Positions 36,981 through 49,700 of a stretch of 64,000 bases of DNA are shown here, piece after piece. Under the pieces are notes generated by a model, which saw only the letters and a program-made list of their open reading frames with translations, had not been told where the DNA came from and did not search any database. The DNA comes from Squalus acanthias (Eukaryota): assembly GCA_030390025.1 (NCBI GenBank), contig CM059429.1:138570001-138634000 (forward strand), written 5' to 3'. Each line of letters begins with the position of its first letter. The first letter of the stretch is position 1. The position numbers were made by a program, and so were the translations under genes.

Positions 36981-37600
36981 TCACCTGTGACTAATGATTC
37001 TGTCTCTTAGCTGTCTAGCAGCACTAGCCACTGAACCTGCTTCCTGTTCTTCATGGGTCTGGGCTTCAGCATTATTAATGTCATAATTGTCAGGCTCTCT
37101 GGTATCCTCTGAGACATCTAGCACTAGTCCTTTCTTGATTGCAAAGTTCTGAAGCCTGCAGCATGTTACCACAATTTGTGAGCCAGTGTCGGGGGCATAA
37201 CTACAAAGAACCGCTGGAGATATCCACGCACCGGAGCCTTCTTTCGAGCATCCCAATGCCTTGCTTAATTCTTATCCTTGCCTTAATGAATTCTTCATTG
37301 CAGTGCTCCTCTGCAGCACTGGCACTCCTCCAAAGGGGTGGCATGCGACTTGGGAGTAGTGGGTATCCTTTGCCACCCAGTAACCATCTCGTTCCTTGCC
37401 CCTTCTGTTGAAATGGAGCTGGGACATCAGACTGACAATGTATAAAAGCATCATGACAGCTCCCAGCATGCCAGCATGGCAAACGAGCTGCACATTAAGG
37501 GAATAGAAGCTTTTGTGGTTCATATAAATATGGCAGTTTATATTTGGAGCCCGCAATACCACATGAGTACAATCACTAGCCCCGACAGCCCAACAGAATC
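36981..37600 (-). pseudogene. Degraded Harbinger (HARBI1-like) DDE transposase
   Basis: Overlapping minus-strand ORFs: NHKSFYSLNVQLVC, GSCHDAFI, WLLGGKGYPL, IGMLERRLRC, IVVTCCRLQNFA. Frameshifted. Confidence 0.75.
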
Positions 37601-38519
37601 CATCAACTCTGGAAAAACTTATTAGCCCTCTCAGTCATCTGTCTGGGAGCACTGTTGAATTGTATAAATTGAGATGCCTTGGCAAAATGGCCTTTGGTGA
37701 CATACCTTAGAGGAGTGCACAGCAAAATAGCTGATCTGGCAAAACATCCAGAGGACCTTGTATAAATGGCAGAACTCCAATGCCATCCTCATTGCTAATA
37801 TCTGAGAAGGATTTGACACAATGCAGCACTACCTGGAGCAGGTGCTGGCACCACTAACATCTGCATCCATCCCCCTGACGGAGAGGCCTCCACAGCAGCC
37901 AGTGTATTCAAAGTGGATGTTTTGACCATAGGCCTTTAGGCATTGTGAGACCATTTGGAGAGAACAATGGAATGTGGCTTCCAAGAGCTTCCAGGCGACA
38001 TCTTTCAGGATCTGCAGGTTCTAATTGATATTTACCCCTCTCTTCTACAGGCTTAACTGAACTCAGGTGCAATTTTGGTGTAAATACTGAAACAGCTGAT
38101 TTTGTCATCGTTATCCTATCATTTGCATAAATGCACCATTTGGGGACAGGACCAATTCTACCAAAATGTAGGGTATACTTTCGAATGGGCCTCTCCATGA
38201 CTTACACCCAAATTCTGGTTCCCTACACCAGAACTATACTATTTTTTGCACAAAAAGATTAGAATTCCAGGCCTCATATCTATTAATTATCCTCCTGCAT
38301 TTCTAGCCTCTGCCTCAACAATGGTCCTCACAACTTTTTTTTTTAACAGAACTTGACCTGCAGTCTTCTGTTTTTAAAAGCCTGACACAAATGTCAGCTT
38401 TTACCCCATCAAAAGTGAAATCCACCAGCCTAATCCCTGAGCATTGATCCCTGCTGAGTTCAGTTGATTGGAATCGTTGCAGCAGCAATGATCACTACAA
38501 TATTAAACTATATTTCATT

Positions 38520-38704
38520 GGGGTCATTTTAAATTTCAGCGATGGTGTAAAATAGGTAGTATTGATTCGACTGCCCATTATACACCCCACTCAATTTCCC
38601 TTTCCATTGAAGTCAGCGAGAAGGAAAACCAGGCAAGCTGTATAATGGGTGGGCGCTTTGATAGCACCCGCTTTACACCATCGCCAAAAGTTAAAATGAC
38701 CTCC
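38520..38704. mobile_element. Short palindromic MITE
   Basis: GGGGTCATTTTAAATTTCAGCGATGGTGTAAA ... TTTACACCATCGCCAAAAGTTAAAATGACCTCC, flanked by ATT on both sides. Confidence 0.7.
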
Positions 38705-38799
38705 ATTGTCTTCAGCACACCTGTTTAGTCATCCAATCTGAATTCTAATCCGCATTTCCCAATCTTGCTGTCCTGTGAATTTAACCCCTTGAGAGCTAG

Positions 38800-38870
38800 G
38801 TTTAGGGATGAGCAATAATTGCTGACCTTGCCAGCCGCGCCCACTTACCATGAACGAATAATAAAAAATA
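38800..38870 (+). mobile_element. 3' tail fragment of the same LINE/SINE family as 29299-36943
   Basis: TAGGGATGAGCAATAATTGCTGACCTTGCCAGC...CCATGAACGAATAATAAAAA matches the tail at 36878-36943. Confidence 0.65.
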
Positions 38871-40539
38871 GAATTTTAAACACATATTACCCCAATGTCC
38901 CCCTAGTCAGAAATCCCAAAATGTGGCACTCTGGAATTAGCATAAAATCAATTTCAAAGATTGATTTAATTTTCCAATGTTAGAGTGTATATACTTTCCG
39001 CTAACGTCTAGAGAAACTGGTGATTGGTATAAAATATTTCAAGCGATTATTCAATATGTAGATGCCTACAACCAGAATATTGTTTCATAAAAGGAAGCAA
39101 TGAAAATTACTCAGTAAATAAATGGGACTTATAAAACCTCACGGAATGTCATAAAGAAAGAAAAATGTACAAGTAGGTATAACAATTTTCCCATGTCTTT
39201 TAAGAAAAATAAGCATTCAAAACAAATAAAATGTAGGACTAAACATAAAACATTAGTGAAAGCTACTCCACGGATATTTTGAGATTTCTTGACAGTGGCC
39301 ATACCCACCCTTGAGACTGGGAAATGGTAATGTTGATTCACATCTTTGGCCAGTAAATGGCACTGTTGTACTTTGCAAATGCTGTATTGTGGCCTGTTGC
39401 AGAAGGGATCTCAAAGGCAGAATATGCCACTGTGGCAGGTAAACCAGTACCAGGTTTAACATTACATGGCTGCAAACTCCAGAGTCTAATCAACAGTTCC
39501 TGCTGCATGCTTCAAAATCCATCAAAACAGCAAAAGCAACAGGCAGATTTTAACATAAATTGCATGATTACACCAACAAACTGTTGCATTTTCCTGATTA
39601 CATTCATAATAAGCCTAATCAATATCTTTGAAGTATGCATTAATGAAAAGAGTTAGGGGTGTGAAAAAGAAAATTTGCTGTTTGAACAGCAAGCACAATA
39701 CAACTTTCTGATGTATTCATGTAAAGTCCTTCAAGGTGATGCTTTGGAAATGTGGTCAAGCAATACTTTTCAGAATCATAAGTGCCCAATCTGCGTCAAA
39801 TGAAATATTACACCTGGTTTGTAAAAGTCACTGCTTGCTATTCTGCTTTAACTTCATTAATCAGGAAGTGTACAGATTTTTAATAAATTGCTTTGCTTCA
39901 AGGAAAAAGTTTACATTTTTTCACACTGCTAATCAACAACCTGGGCTAGAATAACTTTGTTTGCACCAACTGTGTCTGACACTAAACGTCCTACTTCATT
40001 CATATCTTCCTCACTTTGCCAATTTTTGTGAAAAAGTAGATGTTGTTAAAAGGTGGCGTATTATGGGGTAATACAGCCTCCAGTCACTATTAGTGATATG
40101 AACACACTCACAAAGATTTCCTCTGTTCAGTTTTTCTAGCAAAATCATAAACGTATTCTAAAAGAACGCGTTTACAATTTCAGGAAACACAAACATTAAG
40201 AAACCTTCACGAAAGGATTTATGATGTCAGTAACGTGACAACCAGAAGATTTCTAACTCCATTATTTTTCCATATTTGGCACTGCTGTGAGGATGTCTAC
40301 CCTTCCAAAAATGGAGACAAAGCCTTGATTGTACTCGCAGGCAATAGTTTGCCAAGGGATGATGGTATGACAAAAGCTGCACACCAGAATTTCAGGTATG
40401 CAGCCACTTAGATACAAATTGTTGCAAGATGGGGTAACATTTCTTTCTGCATTTCCAAAAATTGGAAGGACTTTTAAATTACAAAAATCAGCGAAGGAAG
40501 AAAACAGAATGTGTGGCCAAGTAATGGAGTGACACAGCA

Positions 40540-40760
40540 CCCAAGTTCCCTGCTTAATGGCTGCCTCAGTGGAGGGGCTTCTGCATGAGGTGACTGCTAG
40601 GACAGTTGTCCTGTTTGACATTCCGGAGAACCCTTGCCAAAGGATAACAGTGTAGTACGCCTGAGATGGTGGCTGGAGTCAATGCTAAATACACTAACTG
40701 CAAGTCCTGGCAGATGGTAGACCTAAAGGAAGCTGCCATGATAATGCTACCCAATGGTAT
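40540..40760 (+). mobile_element. Possible Myb/SANT-like (Harbinger ORF2) remnant
   Basis: SVEGLLHEV..RTVVLF ... EMVAGVNAKYTNCKSWQ; heavily degraded. Confidence 0.35.
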
Positions 40761-43700
40761 CATTTACCTGATAGATGGTCCGCAAGTATGCATCGCAAAA
40801 GTGTTGGCTGTCAATCTATTCCATATTTATTGCTGGCCCATGTCAAGCCCTCCTACAGCCCTACAGCAGTTTAATTGTATAACATGCATACCCAGACTGC
40901 AACTTGCAATTGAAAGCCCTGGCATACTGACACCTTCAAAGGACTTCACACATCAAATTATTGTAGCATAACCTAACTACATAATACGCAGTTGTTTACT
41001 GACACACAGAATGGGCTGCAGGCTAGACTCAGGAAAATGGCACTTAATCCACGGGAACAGTTCTGAACTGGAGAACGGTTCAGAAATGACAACCCTTGAC
41101 TCCTTGTGAGCAGGTCATTTTGGGCAGCCAAGCATATACTTTACTTATATCCCTATTCTTACTTGGCTCCCACACAGGCAAATGCACAACATGCCATGAA
41201 TGGAAAATATTCTTACTAGCATTTCATACACAGGTATAGGTTAGTTTAATAATTTTCTTGTAAATTTTGCAATTATAATTGCATTTATTATGTATCAAGC
41301 CTTGGCCTCGATTTTAACTCTACTTGCCTGTCGGAAACCAGGCTGGGGGGTGGGGGGCAGTTAAAATGGAGCGGGCGACTTACCCACTGCATCCCATCCA
41401 AATCTTGATGACTGCAATTTTAAACCAGCGGGGTCCTCTTTAAGTATGGCCTGATCTGCCATTTTAACCTAAGGCTTGAGCAGGGGAGTAGGGGTGACTC
41501 CCACCAGGCCAAACCTGCCAGGAACAGCAGAGAGAGCCAGAAGAGGCATAGCGACAGAAGTTAATACATTTTTATTTAGGTTGTTTGTGTGCCAGCAACA
41601 GCAGGAATGCTCCTCTGGGTCGCACAAGGAAACCTTGAACCTTCTGTTGTGTGCGGGTCCGTTCTGTTCTTTGTGCGGGTCTGTTCTTTGTGTGGGTCTG
41701 TTCTTGTTGTGTATGGTCTGTTCTTGTTGTGCGCGGGTCTGTTCTTGTTGTGCGGGTCTGTTCTTTGTGTGGGTCTGTTCTTGTTGTGTATGGTCTGTTC
41801 TTGTTGTGCGGGTCTGTTCTTGTTGTGTGCGGGTCTGTTCTTGTTGTGCGGGTCTGTTCTTGTTGTGCGGGTCTGTTCTTGTTGTGCGGGTCTGTTCTTG
41901 TTGTGTGCGGGTCTGTTCTTGTTGTGCGGGTCTGTTCTTGTTGTGTGAGGGTCTGTTCTTGTTGTGCGGGTCTGTTCTTGTTGTGTGCGGGTCTGTTCTT
42001 GTTGTGCGGGTCTGTTCTTGTTGTGTGCGGGTCTGTTCTTGTTGTGTGCGGGTCTGTTCTTGTTGTGCGGGTCTGTTCTTGTTGTGCGGGTCTGTTCTTG
42101 TTGTGCGGGTCTGTTCTTGTTGTGTGCGGGTCTGTTCTTGTTGTGTGCGGGTCTGTTCTTGTTGTGTGCGGGTCTGTTCTTGTTGTGTGCGGGGCTGTTC
42201 TTGTTGTGTGCGGGTCTGTTCTTGTTGTGTGCGGGTCTGTTCTTGTGTGTGCGGGTCTGTTCTTGTTGTGTGCGGGTCTGTTCTTGTTGTGCGGGTCTGT
42301 TCTTGTTGTGTGCGGGTCTGTTCTTGTTGTGTGCGGGTCTGTTCTTGTTGTGTGCGGGTCTGTTCTTGTTGTGCGGGTCTGTTCTTGTTGTGCGGGTCTG
42401 TTCTTGTTGTGTGCGGGTCTGTTCTTGTTGTGTGCGGGTCTGTTCTTGTTGTGTGCGGGTCTGTTCTTGTTGTGTGCGGGTCTGTTCTTGTTGTGCGGGT
42501 CTGTTCTTGTTGTGTGCGGGTCTGTTCTTGTTGTGTGCGGGTCTGTTCTTGTTGTGCGGGTCTGTTCTTGTTGTGTGCGGGTCTGTTCTTGTTGTGCGGG
42601 TCTGTTCTTGTTGTGCGGGTCTGTTCTTGTTGTGCGGGTCTGTTCTTGTTGTGTATGGTCTGTTCTTGTTGTGTGCGGGTCTGTTCTTGTTGTGCGGGTC
42701 TGTTCTTGTTGTGTGCGGGTCTGTTCTTGTTGTGCGGGTCTGTTCTTGTTGTGTGCGGGTCTGTTCTTGTTGTGTGCGGGTCTGTTCTTGTTGTGTATGG
42801 TCTGTTCTTGTTGTGTGCGGGTCTGTTCTTGTTGTGTGCGGGTCTGTTCTTCTTGTTGTGCGGGTCTGTTCTTGTTGTGCGGGTCTGTTCTTGTTGTGTG
42901 CGGGTCTGTTCTTGTTGTGTGCGGGTCTGTTCTTGTTGTGTGCGGGTCTGTTCTTGTTGTGCGGGTCTGTTCTTGTTGTGTGCGGGTCTGTTCTTGTTGT
43001 GTGCGGGTCTGTTCTTGTTGTGTATGGTCTGTTCTTGTTGTGTATGGTCTGTTCTTGTTGTGTGCGGGTCTGTTCTTGTTGTGTGCGGGTCTGTTCTTGT
43101 TGTGCGGGTCTGTTCTTGTTGTGTATGGTCTGTTCTTGTTGTGTATGGTCTGTTCTTGTTGTGTGCGGGTCTGTTCTTGTTGTGTGCGGGTCTGTTCTTG
43201 TTGTGTGCGGGTCTGTTCTTGTTGTGTATGGTCTGTTCTTGTTGTGTGCGGGTCTGTTCTTGTTGTGCGGGTCTGTTCTTGTTGTGTGGGTCTGTTCTTG
43301 TTGTGTGCGGGTCTGTTCTTGTTGTGTGCGGGTCTGTTCTTGTTGTGTGCGGGTCTGTTCTTGTTGTGTATGGTCTGTTCTTGTTGTGTGCGGGTCTGTT
43401 CTTGTTGTGTGCGGGTCTGTTCTTGTTGTGCGGGTCTGTTCTTGTTGTGTGCGGGTCTGTTCTTGTTGTGCGGGTCTGTTCTTGTTGTGTATGGTCTGTT
43501 CTTGTTGTGTGCGGGTCTGTTCTTGTTGTGTGGGTCTGTTCTTGTTGTGCGGGTCTGTTCTTGTTGTGTATGGTCTGTTCTTGTTGTGTGCGGGTCTGTT
43601 CTTGTTGTGCGGGTCTGTTCTTGTTGTGTGCGGGTCTGTTCTTGTTGTGCGGGTCTGTTCTTGTTGTGTGCGGGTCTGTTCTTGTTGTGTATGGTCTGTT

Positions 43701-46700
43701 CTTGTTGTGTGCGGGTCTGTTCTTGTTGTGTGGGTCTGTTCTTGTTGTGCGGGTCTGTTCTTGTTGTGCGGGTCTGTTCTTGTTGTGTGCGGGTCTGTTC
43801 TTGTTGTGTGTGGTCTGTTCTTGTTGTGTGCGGGTCTGTTCTTGTTGTGCGGGTCTGTTCTTGTTGTGTATGGTCTGTTCTTGTTGTGTGCGGGTCTGTT
43901 CTTGTTGTGTGGGTCTGTTCTTGTTGTGTGCGGGTCTGTTCTTGTTGTGCGGGTCTGTTCTTGTTGTGTGCGGGTCTGTTCTTGTTGTGTGCGGGTCTGT
44001 TCTTGTTGTGTGCGGGTCTGTTCTTGTTGTGCGGGTCTGTTCTTGTTGTGTGCGGGTCTGTTCTTGTTGTGCGGGTCTGTTCTTGTTGTGTATGGTCTGT
44101 TCTTGTTGTGTGCGGGTCTGTTCTTGTTGTGTATGGTCTGTTCTTGTTGTGTGCGGGTCTGTTCTTGTTGTGCGGGTCTGTTCTTGTTGTGTGCGGGTCT
44201 GTTCTTGTTGTGTGCGGGTCTGTTCTTGTTGTGTGCGGGTCTGTTCTTGTTGTGCGGGTCTGTTCTTGTTGTGCGGGTCTGTTCTTGTTGTGCGGGTCTG
44301 TTCTTGTTGTGTGCGGGTCTGTTCTTGTTGTGTGCGGGTCTGTTCTTGTTGTGTGCGGGTCTGTTCTTGTTGTGCGGGTCTGTTCTTGTTGTGCGGGTCT
44401 GTTCTTGTTGTGTGCGGGTCTGTTCTTGTTGTGTGCGGGTCTGTTCTTGTTGTGTGCGGGTCTGTTCTTGTTGTGTGCGGGTCTGTTCTTGTTGTGTAGG
44501 GTCTGTTCTTGTTGTGTGCGGGTCTGTTCTTGTTGTGTGCGGGTCTGTTCTTGTTGTGTATGGTCTGTTCTTGTTGTGCGGGTCTGTTCTTGTTGTGCGG
44601 GTCTGTTCTTGTTGTGTGCGGGTCTGTTCTTGTTGTGCGGGTCTGTTCTTGTTGTGTATGGTCTGTTCTTGTTGTGTCTGTTCTTGTTGTGTATGGTCTT
44701 GTTGTGTGCGGGTCTGTTCTTGTTGTGCGGGTCTGTTCTTGTTGTGCGGGTCTGTTCTTGTTGTGCGGGTCTGTTCTTGTTGTGTGCGGGTCTGTTCTTG
44801 TTGTGCGGGTCTGTTCTTGTTGTTGCGGGTCTGTTCTTGTTGTGCGGGTCTGTTCTTGTTGTGTGCGGGTCTGTTCTTGTTGTGTGCGGGTCTGTTCTTG
44901 TTGTGTGCGGGTCTGTTCTTGTTGTGTGCGGGTCTGTTCTTGTTGTGCGGGTCTGTTCTTGTTGTGCGGGTCTGTTCTTGTTGTGTGCGGGTCTGTTCTT
45001 GTTGTGCGGGTCTGTTCTTGTTGTGTGTGGTCTGTTCTTGTTGTGTATGGTCTGTTCTTGTTGTGTATGGTCTGTTCTTGTTGTGTGCGGGTCTGTTCTT
45101 GTTGTGTCGGGTCTGTTCTTGTTGTGCGGGTCTGTTCTTGTTGTGCGGGTCTGTTCTTGTTGTGTGCGGGTCTGTTCTTGTTGTGCGGGTCTGTTCTTGT
45201 TGTGTGTGGTCTGTTCTTGTTGTGTCGGGTCTGTTCTTGTTGTGTGCGGGTCTGTTCTTGTTGTGTGCGGGTCTGTTCTTGTTGTGTGCGGGTCTGTTCT
45301 TGTTGTGTGCGGGTCTGTTCTTGTTGTGTGCGGGTCTGTTCTTGTTGTGTGCGGGTCTGTTCTTGTTGTGTGCGGGTCTGTTCTTGTTGTGCGGGTCTGT
45401 TCTTGTTGTGTGCGGGTCTGTTCTTGTTGTGCGGGTCTGTTCTTGTTGTGCGGGTCTGTTCTTGTTGTGCGGGTCTGTTCTTGTTGTGCGGGTCTGTTCT
45501 TGTTGTGCGGGTCTGTTCTTGTTGTGTGCGGGTCTGTTCTTGTTGTGTGCGGGTCTGTTCTTGTTGTGTGCGGGTCTGTTCTTGTTGTGTGCGGGTCTGT
45601 TCTTGTTGTGTGCGGGTCTGTTCTTGTTGTGTGCGGGTCTGTTCTTGTTGTGCGGGTCTGTTCTTGTTGTGCGGGTCTGTTCTTGTTGTGTGCGGGTCTG
45701 TTCTTGTTGTGCGGGTCTGTTCTTGTTGTGTGCGGGTCTGTTCTTGTTGTGTGCGGGTCTGTTCTTGTTGTGTCGGGTCTGTTCTTGTGTGTGCGGGTCT
45801 GTTCTTGTTGTGTGTGGGTCTGTTCTTGTTGTGTGCGGGTCTGTTCTTGTTGTGTGCGGGTCTGTTCTTGTTGTGTGCGGGTCTGTTCTTGTTGTGCGGG
45901 TCTGTTCTTGTTGTGTCGGGTCTGTTCTTGTTGTGTATGGTCTGTTCTTGTTGTGCGGGTCTGTTCTTGTTGTGCGGGTCTGTTCTTGTTGTGCGGGTCT
46001 GTTCTTGTTGTGCGGGTCTGTTCTTGTTGTGCGGGTCTGTTCTTGTTGTGTGCGGGTCTGTTCTTGTTGTGTGAGGGTCTGTTCTTGTTGTGCGGGTCTG
46101 TTCTTGTTGTGTGCGGGTCTGTCTTGTTGTGTATGGTCTGTTCTTGTTGTGGCGGGTCTGTTCTTGTTGTGTGCGGGTCTGTTCTTGTTTGTGCGGGTCT
46201 GTTCTTGTTGTGTCGGGTCTGTTCTTGTTGTGCGGTCTGTTCTTGTTGTGTATGGTCTGTTCTTGTTGTGCGGGTCTGTTCTTGTTGTGCGGGTCTGTTC
46301 TTGTTGTGCGGGTCTGTTCTTGTTGTGTGCGGGTCTGTTCTTGTTGTGTGCGGGTCTGTTCTTGTTGTGCGGGTCTGTTCTTGTTGTGTGGGTCTGTTCT
46401 TGTTGTGGCGGGTCTGTTCTTGTTGTGCGGGTCTGTTCTTGTTGTGTGCGGGTCTGTTCTTGTTGTGCGGGTCTGTTCTTGTTGTGCGGGTCTGTTCTTG
46501 TTGTGTGCGGGTCTGTTCTTGTGTGTGCGGGTCTGTTCTTGTTGTGTGCGGGTCTGTTCTTGTTGTGTGCGGGTCTGTTCTTGTTGTGTGCGGGTCTGTT
46601 CTTGTTGTGTGCGGGTCTGTTCTTGTTGTGTGCGGGTCTGTTCTTGTTGTGTGCGGGTCTGTTCTTGTTGTGCGGGTCCTGTTCTTGTTGTGTCGGGTCT

Positions 46701-49700
46701 GTTCTTGTTGTGTCTGGTCTGTTCTTGTTGTGTCGGGTCTGTTCTTGTGTGTGCGGGTCTGTTCTTGTTGTGCGGGTCTGTTCTTGTTGTGTGCGGGTCT
46801 GTTCTGTTGTGTGCGGGTCTGTTCTTGTTGTGTATGGTCTGTTCTTGTTGGTGCGGGTCTGTTCTTGTTGTGTGCGGTCTGTTCTTGTTGTGTGCGGGTC
46901 TGTTCTTGTTGTGTGCGGGTCTGTTCTTGTTGTGTGCGGGTCTGTTCTTGTTGTGTGCGGGTCTGTTCTTGTTGTGTGCGGGTCTGTTCTTGTTGTGTGC
47001 GGGTCTGTTCTTGTTGTGCGGGTCTGTTCTTGTTGGTGCGGGTCTGTTCTTGTTGTGCTGGGTCTGTTCTTGTTGTGCGGGTCTGTTCTTGTTGTGAGGG
47101 TCTGTTCTTGTTGTGTGGGTCTGTTCTTGTTGTGTATGGTCTGTTCTTGTTGTGGCGGTCTGTTCTTGTTGTGCGGGTCTGTTCTTGTTGTGTGCGGGTC
47201 TGTTCTTGTTGTGTCGGTCTGTTCTTGTTGTGTGGGGTCTGTTCTTGTTGTGCGGGTCTGTTCTTGTTGTGTGCGGGGTCTGTTCTTGTTGTGTGGGTCT
47301 GTTCTTGTTGTGTGCGGGTCTGTTCTTGTTGTGTGCGGGTCTGTTCTTGTTGTGCGGGTCTGTTCTTGTTGTGCGGGTCTGTTCTTGTTGTGGCGGGTCC
47401 TGTTCTTGTTGTGCGGGTCTGTTCTTGTTGTGTGCGGGTCTGTTCTTGTTGTGTAGGGTCTGTTCTTGTTGTGTCGGGTCTGTTCTTGTTGTGTGCTGGT
47501 CTGTTCTTGTTGTGTGCGGGTCTGTTCTTGTTGTGCGGGTCTGTTCTTGTTGTGTGCGGGTCTGTTCTTGTTGTGTGCGGGGTCTGTTCTTGTTGTGTGC
47601 GGGTCTGTTCTTGTTGTGCGGGTCTGTTCTTGTTGTGTGCGGGTCTGTTCTTGTTGTGTATGGTCTGTTCTTGTTGTGTTGGTCTGTTCTTGTTGTGTGC
47701 GGGTCTGTTCTTGTTGTGTGCGGGTCTGTTCTTGTTGTGCGGGTCTGTTCTTGTTGTGTGCGGGTCTGTTCTTGTTGTGTGCGGGTCTGTTCTGTTGTGC
47801 GGGTCTGTTCTTGTTGTGTGCGGGTCTGTTCTTGTTGTGTGCGGGTCTGTTCTTGTTGTGTCTGGTCTGTTCTTGTTGTGCGGGTCTGTTCTTGTTGGTG
47901 CGGGTCTGTTCTTGTTGTGTGCGGGTCTGTTCTTGTTGTGTGCGGGTCTGTTCTTGTGTGTGCGGGTCTGTTCTTGTTGTGCGGGTCTGTTCTTGTTGTG
48001 TGCGGGTCTGTTCTTGTTGTGTGCGGGTCTGTTCTTGTTGTGTCTGGTCTGTTCTTGTTGTGTGCGGGTCTGTTCTTGTTGTGTATGGTCTGTTCTTGTT
48101 GTGTGCGGGTCTGTTCTTGTTGTGCGGGTCTGTTCTTGTTGTGTGCGGGTCTGTTCTTGTTGTGCGGGTCTGTTCTTGTTGTGTGGTCTGTTCTTGTTGT
48201 GTAGGGTCTGTTCTTGTTGTGTGCGGGTCTGTTCTTGTTGTGTGCGGGTCTGTTCTTGTTGTGTGCGGGTCTGTTCTTGTTGTGTGCGGGTCTGTTCTTG
48301 TTGTGAGGGTCTGTTCTTGTTGTGTGCGGGTCTGTTCTTGTTGTGCGGGTCTGTTCTTGTTGTGTATGGTCTGTTCTTGTTGTGTGCGGGTCTGTTCTTG
48401 TTGTGCGGGTCTGTTCTTGTTGTGTGCGGGTCTGTTCTTGTTGTGTGCGGGTCTGTTCTTGTTGTGTGCGGGTCTGTTCTTGTTGTGTGCGGGTCTGTTC
48501 TTGTTGTGTATGGTCTGTTCTTGTTGTGTGGGTCTGTTCTTGTTGTGTGCGGGTCTGTTCTTGTTGTGCGGGTCTGTTCTTGTTGTGTATGGTCTGTTCT
48601 TGTTGTGCGGGTCTGTTCTTGTTGTGTATGGTCTGTTCTTGTTGTGTGCGGGTCTGTTCTTGTTGTGTATGGTCTGTTCTTGTTGTGCGGGTCTGTTCTT
48701 GTTGTGTATGGTCTGTTCTTGTTGTGCGGGTCTGTTCTTGTTGTGTGCGGGTCTGTTCTTGTTGTGTGCGGGTCTGTTCTTGTTGTGTGCGGGTCTGTTC
48801 TTGTTGTGTGCGGGTCTGTTCTTGTTGTGTGCGGGTCTGTTCTTGTGTGTGCGGGTCTGTTCTTGTTGTGTGCGGGTCTGTTCTTGTTGTGTGCGGGTCT
48901 GTTCTTGTTGTGTGCGGGTCTGTTCTTGTTGTGCGGGTCTGTTCTTGTTGTGTGCGGGTCTGTTCTTGTGTGTGCGGGTCTGTTCTTGTTGTGTGCGGGT
49001 CTGTTCTTGTTGTGTGCGGGTCTGTTCTTGTTGTGTGCGGGTCTGTTCTTGTTGTGTGCGGGTCTGTTCTTGTTGTGCGGGTCTGTTCTTGTTGTGTGCG
49101 GGTCTGTTCTTGTTGTGTGCGGGTCTGTTCTTGTTGTGTGGGTCTGTTCTTGTTGTGCGGGTCTGTTCTTGTTGTGTGCGGGTCTGTTCTTGTTGTGCGG
49201 GTCTGTTCTTGTTGTGTGCGGGTCTGTTCTTGTTGTGTGCGGGTCTGTTCTTGTTGTGTGCGGGTCTGTTCTTGTTGTGTGCGGGTCTGTTCTTGTTGTG
49301 CGGGTCTGTTCTTGTTGTGTAGGGTCTGTTCTTGTTGTGTGCGGGTCTGTTCTTGTTGTGTGCGGGTCTGTTCTTGTTGTGTGCGGGTCTGTTCTTGTTG
49401 TGAGGGTCTGTTCTTGTTGTGCGGGTCTGTCTTGTTGTCTGTTGTGCGGGTCTGTTCTTGTTGTGCGGGTCTGTTCTTGTTGTGTGCGGGTCTGTTCTTG
49501 TTGTGTGCGGGTCTGTTCTTGTTGTGCGGGTCTGTTCTTGTTGTGTGCGGGTCTGTTCTTGTTGTGTGCGGGTCTGTTCTTGTTGTGCGGGTCTGTTCTT
49601 GTTGTGTGCGGGTCTGTTCTTGTTGTGTCGGGTCTGTTCTTGTTGTGCGGTCTGTTCTTGTTGTGCGGGTCTGTTCTTGTTGTGTCTGGTCTGTTCTTGT

